A stretch of 64,000 bases of DNA from Myxococcales bacterium (GTDB taxonomy: Bacteria; Myxococcota_A; Polyangia; Polyangiales; Polyangiaceae): positions 1 through 64,000 of the forward strand of contig JAYTOU010000056.1 in NCBI GenBank assembly GCA_043747615.1, in the 5' to 3' direction. The notes below the pieces were generated by a model. The model had not been told where the DNA came from. It searched no databases and was given only the letters and a program-made list of their open reading frames with translations. Made by a program: the position numbers and the translations under genes. Shown here piece by piece: positions 1-8,506 of this stretch (position 1 is the stretch's first letter; each line of letters opens with the position of its first letter).

Positions 1-130
1 GCCCCTGGTAGAGCACCGTCCCCCGGATCACTCCCTGGGGCGCGATGAGGCGCTGGTCGTCGAGCGGAACGGACTCGCACGCGCCGAGAGACGCGGCGAC
101 GAGGAAGAGAAAGAGAGGCGTTTTTCGCAT
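1..130 (-). CDS. Lipoprotein of unknown function, 5' part only (runs off the window edge)
   Basis: ATG at 130 gives MRKTPLFLFLVAASLGAC-ESVPLDDQRLIAPQGVIRGTVLYQG, a signal peptide with lipobox LGAC. It starts 18 bp after the TBDR stop. Confidence 0.75.
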   Translation of the reverse strand, partial: MRKTPLFLFLVAASLGACESVPLDDQRLIAPQGVIRGTVLYQG

Positions 131-147
131 GGTTGGCCTCTAAAATC

Positions 148-2649
148 CTAAAACCGGTACGTGAAGTAGGTCATGACGCGGCGGCCGATCTTCTGACCGA
201 AGGGGTGCTCGCGGTGCTCGAGACCGAGCAGGTTGAAGGCCATCACGCTTGCCTCCGCCTGGTTCTTGAGGAAGCGGTAACCGATGCGCGAGTTGAGGAG
301 GTAGTAGGCATCGAGCTGAAACGCTTCGGACTTGATGCGCTGCTGCTGCACGTCGACGACTTGCTCAGACCACGTCTGCGGCGACACGTAGTGGAAGTCT
401 ACCGAGCCGTCGATCCCGGGCTTCGTGCGGAGTTGGATGCCGGCGTTGATCTTGTGCGCGCTCGTTCGTTCGTCTTTGACGTTGGCCGCTTTCTCGGCGG
501 CGCTGCACTTCGACTCATCGGGCTTCACTTGTTCGAGCGTGTAGTTTGCATACAAATCTAGGCCTTCGATGGGGAACGTGCGCGCTCCGATCTCGGCTCC
601 GTAGACGTCGTAGCTCTGGCACTGGTTGGCGAATCCCCCCAAAAACAAGGGGAATAGCCCGGTCGCCGGATCGAGCGCGCCGAGCCCCTTTGCCACGTCG
701 CCGACGACCACCGCGCGGTTGTCGGCGAGCTGAATGAGGCCGCCCACGCGGTTGTAATAGAGCGCGCTGTCGAAGGTGACGTACTCGCTCTCCTGGTTCA
801 AGTAGCCGATTTCTGTGGCGAGAATCTGCTCGGCTCTCACCTTGAAGTTCGGATCGTCGGCCCGGACTCCGCGTGAATCGAGCGACGCGCCCGCCGCCGG
901 GAGCTGCACCGGGATGCTCAGGTAGGACTCGAGGAAGGTGGGCGTCCGGAAGGCCGTAGCGATGCTCGCCCGAACTGTGGACTGCTTCGACGGATGCGCG
1001 AGCAGCGTGACTTTGGGTGACTGCACCGCCTTCTGCAAATACGGAACGTAGTCGAGGCGGTAGTCGCCGACCAAGCCGAAGCGCGTCCCGAGGGCGATGG
1101 CGTCGTGCACGAAGGCCGATTCGTGGTTCTCGTAACGCTGGCGATCGAGGTACGTCCACTCGACTTCCTTTAGACGGTAGCCGACGCCGATGTGGAGATC
1201 GTGCTCGATGCCCTTGCCGGTCTCGAATTTTCCGAGGTACTGGAGCTCGCCGTCCACCACGTTCTGATCGGCGCGACCTGCAAGGAGCGATTGCCCGATC
1301 GGCGCCGAGTTGATGCCGAAGTTCGTGCGAAAGCGGTTCCAGAAGACGCGGGCCTGAATGTGCTTGGAGTCGAGGAACGCCGTGAGATCGCTCGACTGGA
1401 ACGAGGTGAGATCGACGTCGTTCAAGGGACCGATGCCGAGGAGCTCCGTCTGCCCCTGGGTGAGTCCGCCGCCGATCCCTATGCTCACGTCTTTCGTGAT
1501 GCGCTGCGTGCCGCGCAAATCCAGGCGAGTCGTTCGCGACGAGGCTTCTTGATCGGCGGAAGAGAGCCGTAAATCGGCGCGCCCCGGCTGCACTTCGCGG
1601 CTCCAGCGCGGGAGGTAGTCGTAACCGGCGCTGGCGCGCCACGCGAAGTCCTCGCGCTTTCCCGTGGCCCACACGCTTCCGTGGGTTTGACTGTTCGTGC
1701 CGATGCCGGCGTTGACTCCGCTTCTTCCTTCGCCCGGAGCCTTGGTGATGATGTTGACGACACCGTTGAAGGCATCGGCGCCGTAGAGTGCGGAGCCCGG
1801 ACCACGCACGACCTCGATGCGCTCCACGTCCTCCACGCCGATGGAGAGGGTCTCCCAGATGGTGGTTCCGAGAAGATCGATGTAGACGCTTCGCCCGTTC
1901 ACGAGGACGAGGATCTTGTTGGAGAGGCGCTGGTTGAAGCCACGGATGGTGACCTCGGTTTGCGCGCCGGTGGTCTCCGCCAGATCGACGCCGGCCAAGC
2001 GCCTGAGGAGCTCGGGGATCTTCACGATGCCCGAGAGCCGAATGTCTTGCTCGGTGATGATCGACGTGGAGCTCGGGGCATCGAGCGGGCTCTGCGCCCC
2101 TCTCGACGCGGTGACGACGGTCTCTGCGAAGACGTCTTCGGTGCGCGCCTCGCCGAGATTGACCGCGTTCGGATCGGCGGGCGCTGGCGTCACTTTCGTG
2201 ATTGGCGTCGGCTCTCCAGCCGTCGGGGTGACGGGTACCACCGGAACGGGCGTGGCGGCCGGCGTCCCACTTTCGCGCGCGGCCGCGAGCGACGCCTGCT
2301 GCCGGCGAATTCGAGCTTCGAGGCTGGCTACGATCTGCACGACCTCGGCGCGATCGGCCGGATTCCCCTCGAGGTACTTTTTGTAGTTCGCGGCGGCGTT
2401 TTCGAGATCGCCGCTCTCCGCGTAACCGCGCGCAATGTTGAAGAGCACGTTGGGGTGCGGAAGAATTTCGTACGCGCGCTGAAGCTCACCGATGCCGTCT
2501 TCGTATCGGCCGTTGCTGATGAACTCCATTCCCTTCTTGAAGTGCCCGCGGGCCTCGGTGCGGGCGTCGGCGCGTGCATGCGTGGACGCGAAGAGGAGCG
2601 CACCGAGCGCGAGGATGCTGCAAACCCGACTTCTTGTCTGGCGCCCCAT
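148..2649 (-). CDS. TonB-dependent receptor with N-terminal TPR domain and Pro/Thr linker
   Basis: Signal peptide; TPR (EARGHFKKG...YEILPHPNVLFNIARGY); TonB-box-like ETVVTASR; plug motifs (IRGF, ILVLVNGR, IEVVRGPGSALYGADAFNGVVNIITK); barrel ending in YFTYRF. Confidence 0.92.
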   Translation of the reverse strand: MGRQTRSRVCSILALGALLFASTHARADARTEARGHFKKGMEFISNGRYEDGIGELQRAYEILPHPNVLFNIARGYAESGDLENAAANYKKYLEGNPADRAEVVQIVASLEARIRRQQASLAAARESGTPAATPVPVVPVTPTAGEPTPITKVTPAPADPNAVNLGEARTEDVFAETVVTASRGAQSPLDAPSSTSIITEQDIRLSGIVKIPELLRRLAGVDLAETTGAQTEVTIRGFNQRLSNKILVLVNGRSVYIDLLGTTIWETLSIGVEDVERIEVVRGPGSALYGADAFNGVVNIITKAPGEGRSGVNAGIGTNSQTHGSVWATGKREDFAWRASAGYDYLPRWSREVQPGRADLRLSSADQEASSRTTRLDLRGTQRITKDVSIGIGGGLTQGQTELLGIGPLNDVDLTSFQSSDLTAFLDSKHIQARVFWNRFRTNFGINSAPIGQSLLAGRADQNVVDGELQYLGKFETGKGIEHDLHIGVGYRLKEVEWTYLDRQRYENHESAFVHDAIALGTRFGLVGDYRLDYVPYLQKAVQSPKVTLLAHPSKQSTVRASIATAFRTPTFLESYLSIPVQLPAAGASLDSRGVRADDPNFKVRAEQILATEIGYLNQESEYVTFDSALYYNRVGGLIQLADNRAVVVGDVAKGLGALDPATGLFPLFLGGFANQCQSYDVYGAEIGARTFPIEGLDLYANYTLEQVKPDESKCSAAEKAANVKDERTSAHKINAGIQLRTKPGIDGSVDFHYVSPQTWSEQVVDVQQQRIKSEAFQLDAYYLLNSRIGYRFLKNQAEASVMAFNLLGLEHREHPFGQKIGRRVMTYFTYRF

Positions 2650-2701
2650 AACTTAGGGCGAAAGACTACCTCTAGCGGGCGGCAGAGGGGCGATTTTCGC
2701 T

Positions 2702-2896
2702 CGGGCTGAGGACTCCTCGGAGATCGAGCATCTCGTCGAGTCGGCGGCCGAAGATGGCGCGGGCACGGCGGCCTTCACGCTGTTCGAGCCGGGCACGCTG
2801 ATCTGCGGCGTTTACCGCATCATCGACACTCTCGGAAAAGGCGGCATGGGCGTGGTGAGGCGGATGGCGACGCACCGAGTATCAACACCCTGCTAG
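2702..2896 (+). pseudogene. Remnant of a Ser/Thr kinase N-terminus (subdomain I only)
   Basis: The frame reads FEPGTLICGVYRIIDTLGKGGMGVV then diverges and stops at 2894-2896. There is no in-frame start codon between the upstream TAG (2654-2656) and the motif. Confidence 0.65.
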
Positions 2897-4593
2897 TACG
2901 GAATGTCTTTGAAGCCTTGCGGGGTACTCGCCGCCGACTCCGCAGGTTTTGCCGGCGGGGGCACGTACGTCGAGCCGACAGGCGCCCGTGCGAGGCGCAC
3001 TTGGAGCGGCGGATCGCCCGCTTTAAAGGTGCGCGTCTCTGCACGAAAACCGTTCTTGATGAGGAGCAAGCGGTGCTCTTTGCCGGGATTGGCGTCGTCG
3101 CCACGGTAGGCGATGTCGCACGGCGTCGTTGCGCAGAGATCTTTCCCATCCTCGCGAACGTTGGCCCCCGAGGGATCGCTCGACACGTGGAGCGTGAGGG
3201 AAGCCGGAACGGCCGACGCCGCACTGCTCGACGTTCCGGGGATCGGCGGCGAAGCGAGGACCTCCGATGCCGAAGGCGGTGCCTTGGCTTCCACGATCGG
3301 CTCCGTCTTCTCGGTCAGCACCATGAACGCGAGCGCGCTTCCGAGACCCGCGACCAACACGAGGAGAAATGCGGTGAGGGTGCGCGCGCGACGACGCTCA
3401 GGCTGCAGAGCAAACGGCAGATCGCCTTCCCCGGAAGGCGGCGCGAGACTGGTGAAAGATGGACCAATCGGCCCCGTCGATCCCGAAGGCTGCGAGTGCG
3501 GACGGATCGAGCCAGTCGCATTCGGATGAATCGAGCCGGTCGCATTCGGGTGGATTGAGCCCGAACCCGTCGTTCCCCCCGGACTCATGCTCGAGCGGGA
3601 ATCCGTGGGCATGGGCATCTGCGCGTACTGCCCGGACGACACCGCGAGGTTCTGGCCCGTCCCGTACGCGGACGGGTGGCTCGAGCCCACCACGGCCTTC
3701 AGGGCGGCGAGAACTTCGTCCATCGTGGTGAAACGCTCGTCTGGATTTTTTCTAATGCAACGCATCACGGCATCTTCCATCGGCGCAGAGACGAGCACGT
3801 TCGGGAAGGTCGCCCGCATCGGCGGGACCGCTTCGTTCACGTGGGCCATCAGGATGTTCACGCTGTTCGGCCGATCGAAAGGCACCTTACCGGTGAGCAT
3901 CTCGTACATGATGATCCCGAGCGCATAGATGTCCGTACGCGGATCGACCCGCTCGCCCTGGATCTGCTCGGGCGACATGTACTTCGGCGAGCCCATGAAG
4001 AGCCCGGTCTGCGTGAGCTGATCTTCGGGGAGGAGCTCCTTCAGCTCTTTCACCAACCCGAAATCGAGGACCTTCACGAAATCGGATTCGTCGCCGTGCT
4101 CGACGAGGAAAATATTTGCCGGCTTGAGATCGCGGTGGATGACGCCGAGCGTGTGGGCCTCGCGGAGGGCGCGGCACATCTGCATCGCGATGTGGATGGT
4201 TCGCTCTTCGGAGAGATGGGTCGTCGTGCGGATGGCGCGATGGAGGGTGACCCCATCGAGGAACTCCATCGCCATGTAGTAGACGTCGTCGTCCGTGCGG
4301 CCGTAGTCGAAGATGGTGACGGTATTCGGGTGGGTGAGCTTCGACGCGATGCTCGCCTCGAGGAAGAAGCGCTTGTGGAACTCCGGGTCCTGGTCCCCCG
4401 CGTAGTTCGGGTTCAAGACTTTCACCGCACAGAGGCGACCGAGGGGCGCTTGCTCCGCGCGATACACCTTGCCCATCCCACCGCGCGCGATGAGCGAAAT
4501 GATCTTGAAGCGATCATTGATCATGCGGCCGATGAGCGGGTCTGACGCCGCCGATTTCGAGATGGCCGCTTGGCCAGGGGCACGTTCAGACAT
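2893..4593 (-). CDS. Hanks-type Ser/Thr protein kinase with TM helix and periplasmic PEGA-like domain
   Basis: Motifs ARGGMGKVY, AVK, HRDLKPAN, DFG, YMSPE and DIYALG; TM LTAFLLVLVAGLGSALAFMVL; PEGA-like VSSDPSGANV...TTPC...KNGF; ends KDIPY. Confidence 0.95.
   Translation of the reverse strand: MSERAPGQAAISKSAASDPLIGRMINDRFKIISLIARGGMGKVYRAEQAPLGRLCAVKVLNPNYAGDQDPEFHKRFFLEASIASKLTHPNTVTIFDYGRTDDDVYYMAMEFLDGVTLHRAIRTTTHLSEERTIHIAMQMCRALREAHTLGVIHRDLKPANIFLVEHGDESDFVKVLDFGLVKELKELLPEDQLTQTGLFMGSPKYMSPEQIQGERVDPRTDIYALGIIMYEMLTGKVPFDRPNSVNILMAHVNEAVPPMRATFPNVLVSAPMEDAVMRCIRKNPDERFTTMDEVLAALKAVVGSSHPSAYGTGQNLAVSSGQYAQMPMPTDSRSSMSPGGTTGSGSIHPNATGSIHPNATGSIRPHSQPSGSTGPIGPSFTSLAPPSGEGDLPFALQPERRRARTLTAFLLVLVAGLGSALAFMVLTEKTEPIVEAKAPPSASEVLASPPIPGTSSSAASAVPASLTLHVSSDPSGANVREDGKDLCATTPCDIAYRGDDANPGKEHRLLLIKNGFRAETRTFKAGDPPLQVRLARAPVGSTYVPPPAKPAESAASTPQGFKDIPY
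3506..3561 (-). repeat. 24-bp tandem repeat (about 2.3 copies) encoding GSIHPNAT-GSIHPNAT-GSI in the kinase juxtamembrane linker
   Basis: atcgagccagtcgcattcggatga / atcgagccggtcgcattcgggtgg / attgagcc. Confidence 0.8.
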
Positions 4594-4748
4594 GGAGGGG
4601 TTCCGCTAAAAGCGCAGCACGTTCAGTGTGGCTGCCCCCCTTAGGCGTGTCAACGCACGAGAACGGGGGGACGACCTGTCGCATTTCGAGCCGCATTTTT
4701 AGGAAATTCACGCCACAACGCAGCGGTTATTGTACCTTGCGCCCCACC

Positions 4749-5558
4749 ATGAAGCGCAACTTGTCTGCTCTCCTCGCGCCCGTTTTTGCCCTCGTCCTCG
4801 GGGTCTTCGCCTTCTCGAGCACCGCCCTTGCGGCCGGAAGCGCCAAGCTCAAATCGTCGGAAGTCTCGGAAGTATCCGGGGCTTGGCACGTCTTCATGAC
4901 GATCGAGCTGCCGAAAGCACCTTCGATTCCCCACGTCCCGATGAAATTCCTCTTCACGAAGACGGCGGTCTTCGAGCGCGCCCTCGTCGACACCAGCAAG
5001 GACCCGGTCACCAACCGCCAAAACCTCCAGAACCAGACTCCTACGGTCGAGAGCCTAGACGTCGACTTCGCGAACGGTCAGGGAAAAATCTGGAAGGGCA
5101 CGAGCTTCGATTTCGGGCTCACGCGAACCCGCGGTTACGAGGCCGGTGAATACTCGTTGCAGCTCCGCACGACCGACGGCCTCGACATCGGCGGCAAGCT
5201 CAACATCACCCTCAAGGGCGAAAACCCGGTCGTCGATCGCCGCAGCATCACCTTCGACGCCAAGAAGCCCGGCATCAAGAAAGTCGACGATGGCTCGGAC
5301 CCCAACGCGCCTCCCAAGCAAGCAAAGAACGACGACACCCCAGTGGCTTCGCAAGACGTGACCGCCGCGGGGAGCACCGCTCCCTTCATTGATCCGAGCG
5401 CGTACAACAAGACCCAAGAAGAAGAAGTGAAGCAGCATCCGAAGGGCTGCGGCTGTGCGGTCCCCGGTCTGCCCACGGAGAGTCCGCTCTTCTTCGTCGG
5501 CTCACTCAGCGGTCTCATGCTCCTCGCTCGCCGCCTCAAGCGATCTTCTGCGACATGA
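4749..5558 (+). CDS. Secreted protein with MYXO-CTERM sorting signal
   Basis: Signal peptide MKRNLSALLAPV...ALA. The C-terminus has KGCGCAVPG, a hydrophobic segment and a basic tail RRLKR. Confidence 0.8.
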   Translation: MKRNLSALLAPVFALVLGVFAFSSTALAAGSAKLKSSEVSEVSGAWHVFMTIELPKAPSIPHVPMKFLFTKTAVFERALVDTSKDPVTNRQNLQNQTPTVESLDVDFANGQGKIWKGTSFDFGLTRTRGYEAGEYSLQLRTTDGLDIGGKLNITLKGENPVVDRRSITFDAKKPGIKKVDDGSDPNAPPKQAKNDDTPVASQDVTAAGSTAPFIDPSAYNKTQEEEVKQHPKGCGCAVPGLPTESPLFFVGSLSGLMLLARRLKRSSAT

Positions 5559-6589
5559 CGCCGGCGGCGGCCATCGCCGAAGCCAAAAAAGGGGCACTTC
5601 GCCCGATCTACGTGGTGACCGGCGAAGAGCGATTTCTTCGCGACCAGGTCGTGGCCGAGCTTCGCAAGGCTTCCCTCGGGGGCGGGCTGGCGGATTTCAA
5701 CGAAGACAAATTCACCGCCGGTGAGGTGAGCGCCGACAAGGTGATCGCGGCGGCGCGGACAGTGCCGATGATGGCGCCGCGGCGGTTCGTGCTCCTGCGC
5801 AACGTGGAGCGGTGGGATGCGAGCGCCGGAGACAACGACGACGCGAAGGCGCTTCCGCCGCTCGATCGACTGGCGCAGTACGCAGCGGAGCCGATCGACA
5901 GCACGTGCCTGGTGATCACTGCGGAGAAGCTCGACGGGCGGCGAAAGCTCTCAGCGATCGCCAAAAAGCAGGGGTTCGTCGTCGAGTGCGGAGTGCTCGA
6001 TCGGCGCGAGCTGCCGAAATGGATCGCCGCGAAATGCGCGACCCTCAGCAACACGATCGACGAAGACGTGGCCGAGCTCCTCGCCGAGATCGCCGGACCC
6101 GAGCTCGCGCACGTGAACGACGCCATCGAGAGGCTCGCGCTCTACGCGGGCATGAATCAGCCCATCACCGAAGAGCACATCGGGGTCTGCGTCGCGCGCG
6201 TGCGGATGCAGGACACCTGGGCCCTCGTCGCGGCCGTCGGGGAGCGCAACCTCGACGCGGCCCTTCGCGCGCTCGCGGATGTATACGATCCGAGGGATCG
6301 AGGCCTTCCGCTCCTCGGCGCAATGGCTTGGTCCATACGCCAGCTCGCAAAATTTCAGGCCGCGATCTCCGCGGGGGCGAGCGTGGACGAAGCGGGGAAA
6401 CGCGCCGGTGCCTACCAGACGTTTCGCGCACGCGAGCTCGCCACCCGGGCACGAGCGTTTCGTCCGAAGGAGCTCGAACGCTGGATTCTCGTCCTCGCGG
6501 AGACCGACGTCGCGCTGAAGAGCTCGCGCCGCGCGGCCGACGCCATACTCGAAGAGATGCTCACCCGTCTTTGTCGCGGGAAAGACTGA
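5555..6589 (+). CDS. holA: DNA polymerase III subunit delta
   Basis: LRPIYVVTGEERFLRD, TVPMMAPRRFV, EKLDGRRK, IERLALY, C-terminal ETDVALKSS; 344 aa. Confidence 0.9.
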   Translation: MTPAAAIAEAKKGALRPIYVVTGEERFLRDQVVAELRKASLGGGLADFNEDKFTAGEVSADKVIAAARTVPMMAPRRFVLLRNVERWDASAGDNDDAKALPPLDRLAQYAAEPIDSTCLVITAEKLDGRRKLSAIAKKQGFVVECGVLDRRELPKWIAAKCATLSNTIDEDVAELLAEIAGPELAHVNDAIERLALYAGMNQPITEEHIGVCVARVRMQDTWALVAAVGERNLDAALRALADVYDPRDRGLPLLGAMAWSIRQLAKFQAAISAGASVDEAGKRAGAYQTFRARELATRARAFRPKELERWILVLAETDVALKSSRRAADAILEEMLTRLCRGKD

Positions 6590-7712
6590 GCGCGATCGCG
6601 GCCGTCAGCGCGCAGGCCGAGCCCACGCCGAACGCCCAAGCGGGGTGCGCTCCGTAGAGCGATCCGAAGACGACGTTCGCGGGGAGGACCGCGAGGCCGG
6701 TGACGGCGTGGAACGCTCCGAAGGCTCGCCCCCGCTCCTCGGGCCGCGCGAGATCGGCGACGATGGCCTTCTCTCCACCCTCGGCGAGTCCGTAGTACGA
6801 GCCGTAGGCGACAAGGAGAATCCAGCTCACAACAAGGGATTTCGTGAGCGGAAAGAGGGCGTACGCGGCGGCGTACACCACCCACGCGACGGCAAGGGTG
6901 GGACGCCTCCCGAAGCGATCGGAGATGTGCCCGCCCGCCACGTTGGTCGCTGCCTTTGCCGCGCTCAGCGAGAGCCAGGCAAGCGGAACCCACGCGGCGC
7001 GAAGACCGAGATCCATCATTCGCAGGAGGAGGAACGAATCGGCCGACGCTCCCAAGGTGAAGAGCATCACCACGGCTAAGTACCGACGCACGGGCGTCGA
7101 GAGCGGCGCGGTGAGAACGACGACGGGCGCTTCTTCTGTCTTCGGCTCGCGCGGCGCCGCATCTTCTTCACGCACGGTGAGAAGGACGGCGAGCGCGACG
7201 AGCCCCGGCACGATCGCCGCGGCAAAGATGGCCCGGAGCGACCAACCGAACGTGCGCGCCAGGAGGAAGGCCAGGAGCGGGCCGATCACCGCGCCCGTGT
7301 TGTCCATCATGCGATGAAATCCAAACGCCGCCCCCCGACGCGCTCTCGGAACGGAGGCGGTGATCAGCGCGTCGCGGGGCGCGGACCGCAGCCCTTTTCC
7401 CACGCGATCCGTTGCCCGCAGGAGGACGACGTGAAGAGGCGACGTGGCGAGCGCGAGGAGCGGTCGAACGAACGTTGCCACGCTGTAGCCGGCGACTACG
7501 AAAGGCTTCAGGCGCTTTGCTCGGTCGCTTCGGGCGCCGGCCCACCACTTCACGAGAGCGCTCACGCTCTCCGCGACTCCCTCCATCCACCCGAGCGCGA
7601 GGGCTCCGGCGCCGAGGCTCTTGAGAAACGCCGGAAGGAGCGGGTAGATCATCTCGCTCGCCGAGTCGGTCAAAAGGGAGACCCAACCCAGGCGCTTTAC
7701 GATGCCCGGCAT
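6561..7712 (-). CDS. MFS transporter
   Basis: LGWVSLLTDSASEMIYPLLP, DRVGKGLRSAPRDALI, ISDRFGRR, about 12 hydrophobic helices. The start may be 7712 or 7748. Confidence 0.9.
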   Translation of the reverse strand: MPGIVKRLGWVSLLTDSASEMIYPLLPAFLKSLGAGALALGWMEGVAESVSALVKWWAGARSDRAKRLKPFVVAGYSVATFVRPLLALATSPLHVVLLRATDRVGKGLRSAPRDALITASVPRARRGAAFGFHRMMDNTGAVIGPLLAFLLARTFGWSLRAIFAAAIVPGLVALAVLLTVREEDAAPREPKTEEAPVVVLTAPLSTPVRRYLAVVMLFTLGASADSFLLLRMMDLGLRAAWVPLAWLSLSAAKAATNVAGGHISDRFGRRPTLAVAWVVYAAAYALFPLTKSLVVSWILLVAYGSYYGLAEGGEKAIVADLARPEERGRAFGAFHAVTGLAVLPANVVFGSLYGAHPAWAFGVGSACALTAAIALSLSRDKDG

Positions 7713-7796
7713 CGACCACCCAACCGTTTTTGACGAAGCGCGCTGCACGCCTTAGGTTGTCGTCTGCTGCAACACGAATCACGAGGAAAAACTGAG

Positions 7797-8480
7797 ATGC
7801 ACGTCCCCCATCGGGTGATCCGGCCTCACTTCAGCTGCGTAGCTTCAAGTCCCCTGCCCACGAAACACGGCGTTTTCAGCACGTTCGTCTTCTTGGAAGC
7901 CCCCCAACTGACCACCGGCGGCGGGCCGGACGACTTCGAGAAAGAGCACGTGGCGCTCGTCTTCGGCGACGTCGCAGGTCAGGCGAACGTTCCTGTTCGC
8001 GTGCACTCCGAGTGCATGACGGGCGAGGTCTTCGGCTCCCTCAAATGCGACTGCAAGGGCCAGCTCGATGCCGCGATGGCCGAGGTGGCTCAGCGCGGCG
8101 CGGGCGCGATCCTTTACCTCCGCCAGGAAGGTCGGGGCATCGGCCTCGTAAACAAAATCCGCGCGTACGATCTCCAATCCCAGGGTCACGACACCGTCGA
8201 CGCGAACCGTCTGCTCGGCCTCCCCGATGACGCCCGCGAATACGACGTGGCCGCCAAGATGCTCGCTCACCTGGACATCAAGAGCATTCTCATCATGACG
8301 AACAACCCGGAAAAAATCAGCGCGCTCCGGGCGCTCGGCGTCGTCGTGGATGGGCGCCTGCCGCTGGTCATCGCGCCCAATCCGTTTTCGGCCGGATACT
8401 TGGAAGCCAAGCGTCTCCGCATGGCGCACGATCTGCCCTCCCGGCCCGTTTTGCGGATCGCCAGCGGAGACGCCGAATAA
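7797..8480 (+). CDS. ribA: GTP cyclohydrolase II (stand-alone)
   Basis: VRVHSECMTGEVFGSLKCDC (Zn ligands), QEGRGIGL, MTNNPEK, YLEAK. Confidence 0.93.
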   Translation: MHVPHRVIRPHFSCVASSPLPTKHGVFSTFVFLEAPQLTTGGGPDDFEKEHVALVFGDVAGQANVPVRVHSECMTGEVFGSLKCDCKGQLDAAMAEVAQRGAGAILYLRQEGRGIGLVNKIRAYDLQSQGHDTVDANRLLGLPDDAREYDVAAKMLAHLDIKSILIMTNNPEKISALRALGVVVDGRLPLVIAPNPFSAGYLEAKRLRMAHDLPSRPVLRIASGDAE

Positions 8481-8506
8481 GCTCTGGTTTGTGTTAAAGG
8501 CAACGC

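Noticed and set aside
7713..7796. FMN riboswitch before ribA
   Set aside because: The spacer is too short and lacks the conserved RFN motifs.
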